This document shows, one piece after another, positions 50,786-64,000 of a DNA stretch of 64,000 bases; the stretch's first letter is position 1; each line of letters opens with the position of its first letter. Both the position numbers and the translations under genes were made by a program. This stretch comes from Octopus bimaculoides (lineage: Eukaryota): NCBI RefSeq assembly GCF_001194135.2, contig NC_068990.1:64601869-64665868 (forward strand), given 5' to 3'. The notes beneath the pieces were generated by a model, which was given only the letters and a program-made list of their open reading frames with translations, was not told the origin of the DNA and did no database searches.

Positions 50786-53184
50786 ACCAGTACTGTGTTG
50801 AAATGTTTTTGGTTATAAACTTTACTTTTCATTGCATTGTAATATACTATGGTCAATTCATTTGACTGTATCTCCCTGTTCTAGCACATATTAGCAGTGT
50901 GTGAAGCCAGCAAAAAAATTACCAAGGAAGGTTTTTGTTACTGGACTTAATGATCATATGTTCATTAATTGAAATCTTCAGTACATTATTCTAATTATGA
51001 CCTTGCTGTTAAATTATTTTCCTGCCATTAACAACCAAATTGTAGAATCTTCAACAAGCAAATTTCCTCTCAAACTGATGCCACCAACAGAAAGGCATGG
51101 CTTTTTAATTTAGAAGTTCACTTCTCAACCACATAGTTCCAGGTTTCATCCTATTGTACAGTATCTTAAGCAAATGTATTTCTGCTATAGCCTTACCTTG
51201 CGAGTAGGGGGTCTTGTTTTTTTTTTCTTTTTCCACCTTGGAAGTCACTTCCTACAAAGGCAGCAAATTAGCAGCAATAAAATTGGCCTCGAGCAATTGC
51301 TTTGTTCAGAATTACAAAATGAAATTGAAAAATATATTAGAAACTGACCTAAAAATCATTCATTGATCATTAGAAGATTTAAAAGAATTATGATGATATG
51401 ACAAAGAAGGGAGAAGAGTTTCATATGACAGCAACAGTGAAAGGATGTGGAATTGGTAAAAGATGAATTGCCTATTTAGTAATGTTAAAAGAACAAGAAA
51501 AGAAATTTAATAGATGGAAACTGGAAGTTTGTAATGTGTGCATAAATATGTTTATATATATATATATATCTGTATTTCACTGATGTGTATCATCAAAAGA
51601 TGTAAAAATCCATGAAAAACCAGTACATTTGTAAAGTCCCTTGAGATATTTCTTCTCCAAAGTTAAGACTCTTCCTTGCCAGTTTGGCTGTTAAATGTCA
51701 TAAACCAGCAATTGGTAACCTGTAACTAGTAATAATACTATAATCATATAAATAAATACATAGGTGTGTGATCCTGTACTGACTGAAGTAGGAAATTATT
51801 GATACTAATATGTGTTCAAATCCTGTTAAGTCAACTTCATTTTTATTTCTGGAGGTTACTAAAATAAATATCAGTCAAGTAATAGTAATCAGTAAAATCA
51901 ACTATGTCTACCCTTGAGTTTTATGGTCTTGTATTTATACTTGAAATCATTGCAGTATTTAGTATTTTGCTGCTGGCGTTGTCTTGTTGGTAAGAAATTT
52001 GTTTTGTAATCAGGTGGTTTCAGGTTTGGTCCCACTACCTTGCAAAAGTAACCTTAGGTTGTCCCAAGCCTTGAGTGTGAGATCAAATAAATCAACACTT
52101 TCTGAAGCCCACCTGATGTCAAATGGACTATACCTTTCCATGGAGGAAAGCATGGGGTTATACATAAACCCATTGGTTTCACATCACCACCTGGCTCTTT
52201 CACAGATTCAGTGCTCCTGAAACAATTCATCCCAGCTGACTGGTGTGATAATAATAAGTTCTTTTCTACAGTAGCAACTTTTGTGCTATGTTCCTGCATC
52301 AGTCCTGAGTACTACTTACCCTCCTCTCAGGAAACTGTTGAAAAATGTGTCTTTTTTTATGTTCTGAGTGAATTTATTCGATCCTGCTATGGATTTATTC
52401 GACTATACCCTCCTCCAAAATATGTAGGCCATTCTCTCAATGTATGATGTAATAATTATTGCTGCTGCTGTTACTACCACTGCTGCTGCAAAGATCAATC
52501 TTTGGAAATGATACATAAGTAATTACATGATTAATAATTCTGAGTTATATTAAATAATTAGTTATTCTATATTATCATTAGCATTTACTGCTAGAGTGTT
52601 TTATTTGTCTCCTAGACTTGCTATTTACTAACATCTTTATTCTCTTTGTATAGCATGTCTTATTAGATCTGTGATGACATATACTTACATACTTACTAAA
52701 TAAATGTACAAATACACATTTGTGTGTGAGGGTGTGTGCACGCATATATATACATATATACACACACACATGTAAATGCATGCACACAGGGCTGTTGTGT
52801 TGGTACAAAAAAAATCTTTGACACCACCTCCTCTGCAGTTTCTGATACTGTCAACTCTGACTCCTATTTATATTTAGACCAAACATATATTTCTTATATC
52901 TATTGAAAGTACATAATTTACCTGGACAATGTGAATCATCAGGCTGCTTTTTTTTTGCACTCAGCCTGTTAATGTTTGGGTTAAACACAAAGACTAGAGA
53001 AAGAAGAGACTGTTTTTATCTGAAGGTTATGAAGTAAAAGAATCTAAAAGAAATAAACAATGAAAATCTTCATACAGAATATGTTTAAAAAGAAAGTGGA
53101 TTGAACTTTTGAAGTAACTTTACAAATGACAATTTGAAAAGAAATAAACTGCAAAGGATACAGAAATGTTCTTTTTGAGATCAA

Positions 53185-53398
53185 CCCTTTAGCATTCAGA
53201 TTACTTCTGTCAAATGTCATGCTTATTCATTCACGTTGTTTTGAATTAATCATGCATTATCTTGGAGCTTTATGACTATAACAACCTAATTGTTTATTTT
53301 TAGAGTGTCATTGTAGGGTAAATGTGAGAGGCCAGATCTGGCTCGTTTGAGCATAAAACAGTTTTTGGGTCAGATATGGCAGTTTAAATGCTAAAGGG
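53185..53398 (+). mobile_element. MITE C1
   Basis: tcaa|ccctttagcatt...aatgctaaaggg|ttta. Confidence 0.8.
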
Positions 53399-53829
53399 TT
53401 TAAGCATTAGTAAAAATAATATTGTTAAAGATTGAAACAGTTATCTCTACAAAATTTATTAAAGAATAAAAAACAGTTAAATCTAATCCAAATTTTACTA
53501 ACATCTGAGAACGACTTTTGACATTCTTAGAAACACAGTTGCTTCTACCAGGTCTCCCTTCATAGAAACCCTTGAATCTGATTTGATTATTTTCTAAATA
53601 GGAATTTTTTATACATCATGTTACATTTTATATTTAATCAGTGTCTGTATATTTTTACCAGTACCACAGCCCTACACACACACACACACACACACACACC
53701 TATGTTTACATGTTTGTGTATGTGCAGCAGCCATGATGTGGCATTTGTGTTTGTGATGTTTTTTTAGACATGTTGGGTGTGAAAAACCACTCACCTTGAT
53801 GTTTGCTTGCAAATGCTGTATCTATCTAG

Positions 53830-53955
53830 GTGTGGTCTGGAAACTGCGCCAGTCAGCCTGACGACTACGCCCACCAGAAAGCAGCTATTGGATGGCAGGA
53901 TTTCATTTTTGACAAGATGAGACAAATGGACTACCCTACCTTTCACAAGAGACAG
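53830..53955 (+). CDS. Candidate 126-nt cassette exon of WDR47: VWSGNCASQPDDYAHQKAAIGWQDFIFDKMRQMDYPTFHKRQ
   Basis: ctatctAG|gtgtgg...gacag|GCgagt; phase 0/0; open; CpG-retaining and complex sequence within repeat-rich surroundings. Confidence 0.55.
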
Positions 53956-54832
53956 GCGAGTGTTCAGCACTCTCCCTGCAACCCTCACTGTACTTTTTTT
54001 TTTTTCTCCTGTTAGAGCTCTATGCTTCAGTGGTTGACCTCCTTAGCCTGGCTGTGTCTAAAGAGAGAGAGACAGAGACATCAATGTGGCTCAACTTAAC
54101 TTGTCCCTATAGAGATAAATACATATTTGTAGTTATGTTTATAAGGAAAACTACTTAGTTTTATTGTTAAGGTTTGGGCTCCATTGGTGTTTTAGAACTT
54201 GGTTTCTTCTCAATTCTAACAGACCTATTTATATGACAAAGCAAATGACATTTTCAAGCTTTGCTAGTGCATGTTAGCATCTCAGTTGTTCAATAGCAAC
54301 AGCTTTGATAACTCATCATTTTTATTTTCATTTTCATATTACATCCTTCATTGTCTTCACAAACAAAATCCATTCATACACAGACATTTTAAAACATAGA
54401 ATGATATAAAATAATATTAAATGTAGGGTACACAGTAGTTGTAAGTTTTCTGTGCTGGACTACTTTCTACCTGCAAGTTCGAATTTTCTTTAACAATGGT
54501 GCTGTACCCTACAGCCAATACACATATTTTGACAACATACCTGAGTAAAGACAATGACATTATAGGTAAGGGGTTAAGTAGGAAGTGCATATATTTATGT
54601 TTAGGTGTAAAATCTCTTGCTTCAACAGTTTATGTGCAAATATGTAAATTTGCACATGCTAGGAACCAGTAAATTTCTAGATAATAATAATGGTAAATTA
54701 TGAGTACAGACGTGACTGTAATTAAGAAATTTGCCTTATAACCCTGTGATTCTAGATCTGATCCCACTATTTATCACTAATACCATTTTAAATGGAATTT
54801 AGTTGATGGCAACTGTTCGTGTACAAATACAA

Positions 54833-55000
54833 GCATAGCTATGTGGTTAAGAAGTTTGTTTCCCAACCACATAGGTTCAGTTTAGTTCTACAGTGCAACA
54901 CCTTAGGCAAGTACTTGTACTGAAGCCTTGTGAATAAATTCTGGAGATGGAAACTGAAAGAAGCCTATTATGTTTGTATGTGTTTGCATGCTTGTTTGTT
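54833..55000 (+). mobile_element. SINE family D
   Basis: gctatgtggttaagaagtttgtttcccaaccac...ggcaagtac...gaaactgaaagaagcc. Confidence 0.7.
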
Positions 55001-55429
55001 TTTGCCCTGTGAGCAGCATTGTTGTTGTTTCTTCTGTCAACAAATCCTCAGCTTCCATCATGCCTGCAAAGATATGTGAAGTTAAGATCCCTTTAGTAAG
55101 AGTTAGTGACAGGAAGGGCACCCTCCTTCAAAGCAATGCCTCAATAGTATATGCATCTAAACTATACTAATATTGAACAACAGGCATAAAACAAATGAAC
55201 AAATGTATAGAGATATATAGATAAGGAGATTTGTGCATGCATGTGTATTTGTGTTTGACACACTACTGCCAGTTACAACAAAATCAGTGTTGTGTCAAAA
55301 TGACTACTTAATATGTCACCATTTTGGTAAAATTAAGTACTGGGGTTTTTATGACAAACTAAAGGCTTTGAATTTGCTTCTCCCATGTAACTATAATTCA
55401 GTCACTAAAACCAGTAAATGAATATACTG

Positions 55430-55610
55430 TAGACGTAATATATTATTGCAGTCTAATTTCAAATCTCACTGAGATCAGCTCTGTCATTCATCATTCCAAG
55501 GTTTGTAAAATGAAGTACTGGTCAAGTATTGGGATCAGTATAACTAGCCACCCACCCACCCACTCTCTCTGAAAAAAAAAATGAGAATTTGTGCCTATGC
55601 TAGGAAAAAT
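55430..55610 (+). mobile_element. SINE family B, decayed
   Basis: ttcaaatctcactgagatcagct...aagtactggtcaagtattgggatcag...tttgtgcctatg. Confidence 0.5.
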
Positions 55611-55750
55611 TGGTATTTGATACAATATTGTTTAATGTTATATATATGGTTAATTCTGATAATATAGAAACACCAATTATGCTAATTTGGAAGAACTTGA
55701 ATGAAAAGGGAATTAAAACAAAAACTTATATCACAACTTTCTATATAATA

Positions 55751-55975
55751 TTGGGTCATCCCATAAATAATGTGGGTTTGTTTTATACAATATGCTCTCC
55801 TTCATTTTCTACAATGCTCTTCCATCTATCTGGTAGACTTGCAAGGCCCCTCTTCCAAAATTCACTTGTCTGTAATGAAAAATACTCCTCCAGTACTGTT
55901 CTGACCTCATCTACAGAATTCATATTTTTTCCATCTAAATGATTTTATTTGCTAAGGAAAGATTCTCATTTAGAT
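55751..55975 (-). mobile_element. Mariner 3'-end remnant
   Basis: ta|ttgggtcatccc TIR. Minus strand reads HLDGKNMNSVDEVRTVLEEYFSLQTSEFWKRGLASLPDRWKSIVENEGEHIV*. Confidence 0.8.
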
Positions 55976-56866
55976 TGTCTCCCCACCCCCTAACTGTATA
56001 TACTTTCTTTTGCTTGTCCACTTGCTTATTGCAGTTGATTTCAGCTTTCATTAAAAAGCAAATTTAATCAAATCTTATTCCTTGCTTCATTTTTATGAAA
56101 ATTTAGTTTGGAGGTGAAACAGTAGAATCCAAGGAAAGAAGTCCTAGTCTGTTTTGGCAAGGAATTCCTGAAGTGGAGCAAGTTAGGTTTGCCATGAGGA
56201 TGAATTGAAGGTTGTGCCCAAAATGTCACACTCCTCGGCACATCAAATAAACTTGTTTCACTTTGTTGTGAACTTCTAGTATTTATTTATTTTTAGTTTG
56301 ATATACACAAACAACGAGATGAGACATTTTATCATGATGTTCATCATCCTTGTCTTCTACCATTCCATGCTGTTATGACTTAAGCAGAACTTTTTGAGGC
56401 AGTGTATTAAGGCTGGTTGTTCTTCCTGACTCCAACCCTTTTAATTGCCTCTTACAACATGACAGGATATGGTGTACCTATCCTAAAAACGAGATACATA
56501 TAGTATATTCAGTCTTTTTCACCTTTTACATTTCTTTGACGAAATTCCAGGTTTCCATTTTTCCATGGACCATAACATAACTGCTTGTTCTATTATACCA
56601 CTGAGGTTGTTCCAGTCAGCTTTATCTCAATGTTGAAGCTTGTTTTATGAAAAGGAGACATGATAGATAGTTTAAAGAAACCATGAATTAATACACTGAG
56701 TTTTTTTTTAAATTATATTTCTTGTGTTCCCAATGTTCCTGTCCAGTCTGTCTTCTGGAACTATTTATATTGTAGTATGTCTCACAATAATTTTGTTGAT
56801 TTAACTTCTTAATTGGGCATAACAACTGTATTATACTGTTATTCTAATTATTATTATTATTATTAA

Positions 56867-57275
56867 GATGGTGAGCTGGTAGAATTGTTAGCACACCAGG
56901 CAAAATGCTTAGCAGCATTTCATCCATCCTTGCATTCTGAATTCAAATTCCGCCAAAGTTGACTTTGACTTTCATCCTTTCATGGTCAGTAAATTAAGTA
57001 CCAGTGGAGTACTGGGGTCGATGTAATTGACTAGTCCCCTCCCCACCAAATTTCAGGCCTTGTGCCTTTAGTAAAAAGGATTATTATTATTATTATTAGT
57101 AGTAGTAGTAGTAGTAGTAGCAGTAGTAAACTGGTTGAATCATTAGCATGCCAGGCAAAATGCTTAGCAGCATTTCATCTGTCTTAATGTTCTGAGTTCA
57201 AATTCTGCTGAAGTTGACTTTGCCTTTCATCATTTTAGGGTCAATAGAATAAGTACCAGTTGAGTGCTGGTGTTG
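56867..57275 (+). mobile_element. Two tandem SINE-B copies separated by (TTA)n(GTA)n
   Basis: Copies at ~56867-57080 and ~57128-57275, both with ggcaaaatgcttagcagcatttc...ttcaaatt. Confidence 0.8.
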
Positions 57276-57547
57276 TTTGAATTGAGAAAGTAGAACAAAT
57301 GTAAAAGACTGTAAGACAATTAGGAGGTAAAGCACAATGGTTATGAGGTTAATATGCTGGACTCCAAATCACATCATCTCACTCCCCCAAAATTGCTGGC
57401 TTTGTGCTAAAATTTGAAACCATTATTATTACTACTGCTACTACTAGTAAAATGGAAGTGAACTGTAGAAATGGTAGAACAATGTAGTGAATGTTTGCAA
57501 TATTCCACTTCATGATTTTAGTTCAAATACAGCCACATCAGTATTAA

Positions 57548-57683
57548 CCCTTTGAGCCTTGACCTCCTGAACGTTATTTGACCATATATCTGGCTTCCAG
57601 ATGCACTCCACTGGTAGAGTGGTACTACAGTATGCAGAAAAATAAGCCTTCCATCAGTAAACCAGTGCAACAGGCTCAAAGGG
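57548..57683. mobile_element. 136-bp TTAA-flanked piggyBac-like MITE family C3
   Basis: ttaa|ccctttgagcct...aggctcaaaggg|ttaa; perfect 12-bp TIR. Confidence 0.8.
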
Positions 57684-60600
57684 TTAAGTACTGGGAGGGT
57701 GGGAGACGAGTTGACATTTTTGATTCTACCCTCCCCAAAAATGTTGAAATCATTTTTTCTTAAGGGGTGGTGTGGCATAAAAGTTGCCTTTCCCCACTTT
57801 CTTTCATCAACTGATGTAAACATAGGTGAAAGAGCAGTACTTTGTAAATGAAATCCCCTATGAGTTGAAGACATTCTTGTATCACTTTTACCATTAGAAA
57901 TATTGTGAACCAGTGATTGGCCCATTGCATACTTCTAATTATACTGTTGTGCACTAATTCCATTTAATTGCTTCCTTTATATTTTGAGTTTAAATGCTGC
58001 CACCAAAAAAAACAAAAAAACTTGTGGCCCTCTACCTACATTAGAAATTCATATTGTACTTGCATATAAGTAATTATGAATTTTCATTATATTAATATAT
58101 TTTCATGAACATTAACTTCTATTTAAGATGATTATTTTTTTTTTTAACTTAAATCCACTTTTCAATACTAATGAGTGAGATAGATTGTGGGGGTAAATAA
58201 TTTTACAACAGGATGCCCTTCCTACATTAACCACTTCCCCATGAAATTGGAGTGGAATTTGCTTTTTTGGTTTAGGAGCAAAGCACCAAAGTAGAAGAAT
58301 CTGAACTTTGATGATGTGATTTGGAGTCCAGCATATTAACCTCATAACCATTGTGCTTCACCTCCTAATTGTCTTACTGTCTTTTACATTTGTTGTTCTA
58401 CTTTCTCAATTCAAATTATGATGCAGGGATCAACTTAATTTTTCATCTTTCTGAAATTAACACAAGAAGTGCCAGGCATGTACTGAGGTTTTAGTCATTC
58501 CACTGTAACCCCTCCCACCTATTCTCTAAGCTTAATGTATTGTGCCAAGAAATAGCAGACTAAATACTTTGTGATATTTAGTTTAGTGCCTTGATGTTTT
58601 TTTAGTTCAAACCCCACGTCAATACACATTGCCTTTCATCCCTCCAGACTCAAAAAAATTTTCAATAATATACTGAAAGTGAATTATGACCCTAACCCTA
58701 ACTTTCTTTTCTTAATGTGTGGCTTTGTGCCAATGTTGAAAATTACATTTTCTGTTGTTTTTATATATTTTATTATTTTATTTCCCTTACATTTAATTTA
58801 CCAATAAGTAAGGCTTTAGTTATTGTGTTGTTTTATCTCCTGTGTTTTTTTCACATTTCTGTTATATTTGTTTGCTCTGGGATTTTGTTTTTGGGAAGGT
58901 TTTGTGGGTGGGTGTGTGTGTTTTTCTTTTATTTTATTTCATTATCTTGTGTTTGTAACTATTTGCATGAGCATGTTAAACATAGTACTGGAACATATGA
59001 TCAGGAGTTCAAAACTTACCGCTGCCCATTGTGTTATGCTCCATGGCTTGGCACAATACACTGTTTACCTCAGTCTGTCCAACTAGGAAATAGTTGTCTT
59101 TTGTACTTTACTAGTAAATGATTAGAGATGGGATGGACATCCTGCTCAAAATTTGCTCTAACTAAAAAGCTGGACTTGAACGTCTAAGAAAACCATCCCA
59201 GCTATACCAGTTTGATGAAAATAAACAGAAAATAAAGTAAAATACAAAAGAGAAAAATGTCAAGGGAAACTACTGGGGAGCAATATCCTTCATTTTTTTA
59301 TGTTATCTATTTCACCGACAAGCATCATGTTTTACTGTTGGGTACTCCCAACTCATTGCCAAATATAAATGACATGTGGGAGCATTTTCTCAATCCATTA
59401 TCAGATTGTTCTCCATTAGTCCTTGAGCTTGATGTTGAGAGCAACCAAACCGCTCTCTAACCAGTTCAATGCATTTTGTTTGTCTTGCTTCTCTTCTCTG
59501 TCCCTTTAGTTGATAATATTCCATATTATTATTCCCTAAAAGATGAAAAATTGAGTTGAACTTAGCTGAGATTTGAACTACAGAACTGTAGAATCTTATG
59601 AACACATAACTAGATACTAATTTTTATATGCATATTCCTTATATAATGGGAATTGAAGGTAGATGACTCTTTTATGCAGTACATATTTTCCTTTTGTTTG
59701 TACAACTCACTTTCCTGGCACATGTTGAAGAGTGCTGTAGCTTTTAATTATGTTTGCCTGTTGGACCTTCATACCTTTTTGTCAAAGGTAAATTTTTACT
59801 TATATTACATTTAAGTATTCAGATTAAACTAAGGCAAAAGTTTATACTTTGCTTAATTATATATGGAGAAGTACCTAAGGCATGGTGTAAGCCTGTGCTC
59901 TACAAATTGAGCAATCTAGTCATATAGTGTCCTTTCCTAACCATGACCCTGTTTGCTAGCTTTAACCCTCACCTATGGAATGGAAAATGTGTACATATTT
60001 TTGCAGCAAATTTAGAAAATAGCAGAGATGCCATTCACTATCAAATTTCAGCATTTCTGTTTTATGCATTTCTTTTTAAATTATGGCCTTTTAAAGGTCA
60101 TATTTAAACTTTTGTGTCAATTTTTAACTATTTGGTTAGAGACAAGAATTTCCAGAGTGGTCAATAGTAAATATTAGTGGCAAAAAGTGCAAAAATGACT
60201 TTGTTCCATATTTATGAAAAATGTTTAGAACTTCTGTATACTCAGTCATGCTATAGTTATCTAGGAGGTGCATTTGGGGGTTTGGGAAAGATATGCCAGG
60301 TGTACAGGGTGGCTTGCAGCAGGGAAAATCCATTCAAACAAATATATGGTTTATTCAGATGCAATGCTAGAAGTAGGAGATAGTTTCTGTTACATAGGTG
60401 ACATAATTACTGCTTAGGGATTCTTGGGAAATGTCTGATACATTGAATTGAAACAAGCTAGAAACAGGATTCTGTTATATCTGGTAATCACTGATGATAC
60501 TTTTCACAGTGTAAAGGACAAATTTTATGACAGCTGTCGAAGATGCATGTTGCTGCATAGTAGAGAGACCTCGAAATCTAGAGGAGACTGAAGAGAGTAA

Positions 60601-61239
60601 AAGATAAGCTGAGGAGAGGAAGGGTGAGGTTATAAGTATAGGTATGTAATAAAAATTGCAATGTTATGGACAATGTCTGTTGAGTGAAAAAGTCCTGTGG
60701 GTTGGTGGTGGATATCTGTGGAACAGTGGACCAAAAATGTAGTGTGCTCAGAATGTGAATCCTGACAAATGATAGGATGCAGAGTTGAAAAAAATAGTGA
60801 CTGTAGACCCATCCAACCTGTGCCAGTAGATATGGAAACCTGTTTAATGCAGCTAATTGTTATTAACACACATGCACACAGACACACACACACACTCACA
60901 CATGTTTTGTTTTTTTAATTGATGAGTTAAAACAAGAATAGTTACTTGTTCTGAGATTCTCTTCACATCTATTCTTGTTTTGATTTCTTGTTGAATCAAC
61001 GCATAATACCTAACTTAAATTATGAATATTGCTCCTAACAAAAACTTTTAATGATTAAAGTATAATTAGTAAATGTTAAAAGTTTACTAGTCTTTCAATA
61101 TGGTCAGTCACAGTAAATACAGTATAGAACTGCAATTAAACAGAAATTCATGTCCTGTTCCTATGATGCTTTGGGACTATCACAAATTTGATACAGTTTA
61201 GATTCCTCTTTAATTAATAATCCTTTAGAAATCTTTTAA

Positions 61240-61439
61240 CCCTTTAGCATTCAGGTTACTCTGACAATTGTAATGCTTATTTATTCCCATAGATTTGAAT
61301 TAATCATGAATTGTCTTGTAGCATCAAAATTTTGATGATGTGATTGTTTATTTTTAGAATAACATTGTAGGGTAAGTGTGAGAGGCCAGTTTGAACATAA
61401 AGCAAGCAGAATACTTTGGCCAGTTTAAATGCTAAAGGG
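61240..61439 (+). mobile_element. MITE C1
   Basis: ttaa|ccctttagcatt...aatgctaaaggg|ttaa. Confidence 0.88.
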
Positions 61440-62569
61440 TTAAGCTCTGATCATGACATATTCTATGACAAAACTATATAGAATTCCAATCCTCCATTCT
61501 TCATTCCACTTTTTTTTTTTTTTTGACAAAATGTTTTTCATCTTTTTCATATTTTTTCTGCAATTTATGTCAGGCAAATCACATGCTTTATTTTATTGCA
61601 AAACTTTTAGCCTTTACTTTTTGTGAAGCTTTTTTATATTTAAGCATTTTTTTATTTGAAAATTACTGAATTCAATTTTCTTTTCTCTTGCAGTCAAGTA
61701 TTGCTTCCAGCCTTTTGCTATTTGTTGCTGCCTGTATGTCTGCCTCTATTTGTTTGTCTGCTGTAGATGTTTTATCTCTTTATTTAAACCATGCTTCAAA
61801 CTCCCCTTTTTCTTCTTTTCCTCTCTAAGGCCCCCTCACATGTCTGCTAACTGGGGAAGATTGTACCCTGTTAACGTATATTATCAACCTCAAACTTGCC
61901 TGTCAGCTTGCTGAATAACATTTTTTTATGTCTATGAAACTTGCATTCCACAACCCTGTCTTTCCTTCTGCACAAACTGCACATATTTTCTAGGGTTTTT
62001 TGTTTGTTTTAACAAATTGCTGACAATGTAGCCAGCATGGAATCATTGGGTTAAAAAAAAAGCTCCTTTAATTTCTTATTCAGTCCTCTTTTATGTCCCT
62101 TTTTTCTCTTTTCTCATTCTTTCTTAGGTATTTTCTTCTATTTTTGTCATTTTTATCTTTATTCATTATTGATGTAAATTTATATTCATCCTATCTATTT
62201 TTGTTTTCTCTATTTTCTTTATCTGAATTTTCCATTTTTTTACTTTTTTTTTCCTTGTTCTTTCTGATTAAGAAATTATTATTATTATATTTCTTACTAC
62301 ATATGACATTTATTAACCTACAATAATTTAAGTTAAATATTAATAATTTTAACCATAGCTCCATGGATCCACAATGAGGATTCTGGGTTTACTCTTTCAT
62401 TTCTTTCTCTCACACTTAAACAAGCACATACAACTTTTCTGTCATAGGTGACTTTTTAGGAAACAAATTAAAACATGCAACTCTCAGGAAAATGAAAGCA
62501 AACTAAAACCATTGTATCTGTTGACAAAATTCTCACATATTATTATTCTTCCATCTCAAACAAAACTAA

Positions 62570-62782
<213 letters not shown>

Positions 62783-63676
62783 TGAGTGAATATAAACTTT
62801 TTGTTTTCTTTTTCTCTACTTTTCTAAACTGTTTTTTTATTTTTTTTATTTTACTTGCTGTTTTATTAATCTCACCACAGTCAGTTTTGCCTTTCATTTA
62901 TCCACTGATGATACAGTACCAGTGGAGTACTGGAGGTTGATCTAATTGACTATTCCCACTCCCCCAAATTAGCTAAATGCAATTTGTAAGTCTAGGCACA
63001 TCCAGCATTGATACTCAATTTGTTCCATCTCGTAGACAGGGCATTGCACTCTACACCCAGAAGTTTCTATTAACTGTTTACTTTTATTTCAGCAGACACT
63101 TTAAATACTTTTGACTTCTTCTCATGTCAAGTTAACTCTTAACCTAGCTCCAGTTCATCTGTGAATGTATAGGGATGGGAGTGGTGTTAACAATTTCTTG
63201 TCCAGAGTACTATATCTTACAAAAATTGTAGGAAGGACTAAATTTTCAGTTAATTCTTACCATGATCGTTTGAGACAATTGGCATCTTTCATTCACAGTA
63301 TCTTCACATTCTTAGAGAAAACAAAACTTCAGTTATTTATCTCGCAATGTTTTGTCTTGAGTGGGGAATTGACAGGAATTAGTTGAAACAAAATTCAAAG
63401 ATCCAGTCTTTTAGAACAGTCTTAAATATTTTTCCTCTTTCATAAAGTATGTTATACAATGACACTTTGTAATTTTATCATGACATATGGTGTATATGTT
63501 GTATGTATAGAATATTTGACTTACTGTGGCTATGCAGTGTCTGGCTTGCTGCAGTCAGTTACTTTGACACAGCATTTACCAGGGATGCATAGTGTCATAT
63601 GAGCTCTCTTCAGCTGGGAGATATCAATATTAACTGATTATTGATTATTGATATATTATTTATGTATTATCTGCAG

Positions 63677-63846
63677 GCAAAGTCACATTACCCAACCAGC
63701 AAATATGGTTTTTAAACGAGCAAAACATCATAAAGGGTCTATTTACTGCGTTGCCTGGAATTATCAAGGCAATGTTATTGCAACTGGTTCAAATGACAAA
63801 TCTGTGAAGTTGACAGCATTCAATTTTGAGTCTTGTACTGCTGAAG
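63677..63846 (+). CDS. WDR47: WDR47 WD40 exon: QSHITQPANMVFKRAKHHKGSIYCVAWNYQGNVIATGSNDKSVKLTAFNFESCTAE(G)
   Basis: ctgcAG|gcaaa...gaag|GTaagt; phase 2 to 1. Matches the WDR47 FKRNKHHKGSIYCVAW...ATGSNDKYVK motif. Confidence 0.96.
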
Positions 63847-64000
63847 GTAAGTTTGTAAATTCTTCATATTTGTGTCTTTTTATATATATATATATCAGAT
63901 TTACATTCTTCCCAGGCTAGTAAATGTAACTGTTTTTGGAAAACTCATTCACTGGATTTTCTTTTCTTAAGATATTGGCCTCTACAAATCTATGAATGGC

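Overview
AT-rich, repeat-dense, intron-dominated eukaryotic DNA with 8 N-gaps and many (TA)n/(CA)n/(CT)n microsatellites. The repeat content resembles a cephalopod (Octopus-like) genome; this is inference. The one host gene is an internal + strand part of WDR47 (nemitin). Five exons are well supported (38915-39247, 41990-42046, 48653-48771, 62621-62781, 63677-63846) and splice in phase into one open frame ending in the first WD40 repeats. Candidate extra exons lie at 1496-1540, 4697-4732 and 53830-53955 (GC donor). Neither end of the gene is in the window. The introns hold a near-complete DD34D mariner, two maT-like derivatives, a Charlie/Buster-type hAT fossil, RTE LINE fossils and many RTE 3' tails, several tRNA-derived SINE families, TTAA-flanked piggyBac-like MITEs and Penelope-like remnants. 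The most interesting leads are hammerhead-ribozyme-like cores (two in direct repeat with a ~300-nt ancestral spacing), a candidate recursive splice site, the GC-donor cassette exon, and a ~300-bp inverted duplication that could form intronic dsRNA. No new system is demonstrated; these are hypotheses. Repeat boundaries were read by eye and are approximate unless TSDs are quoted.
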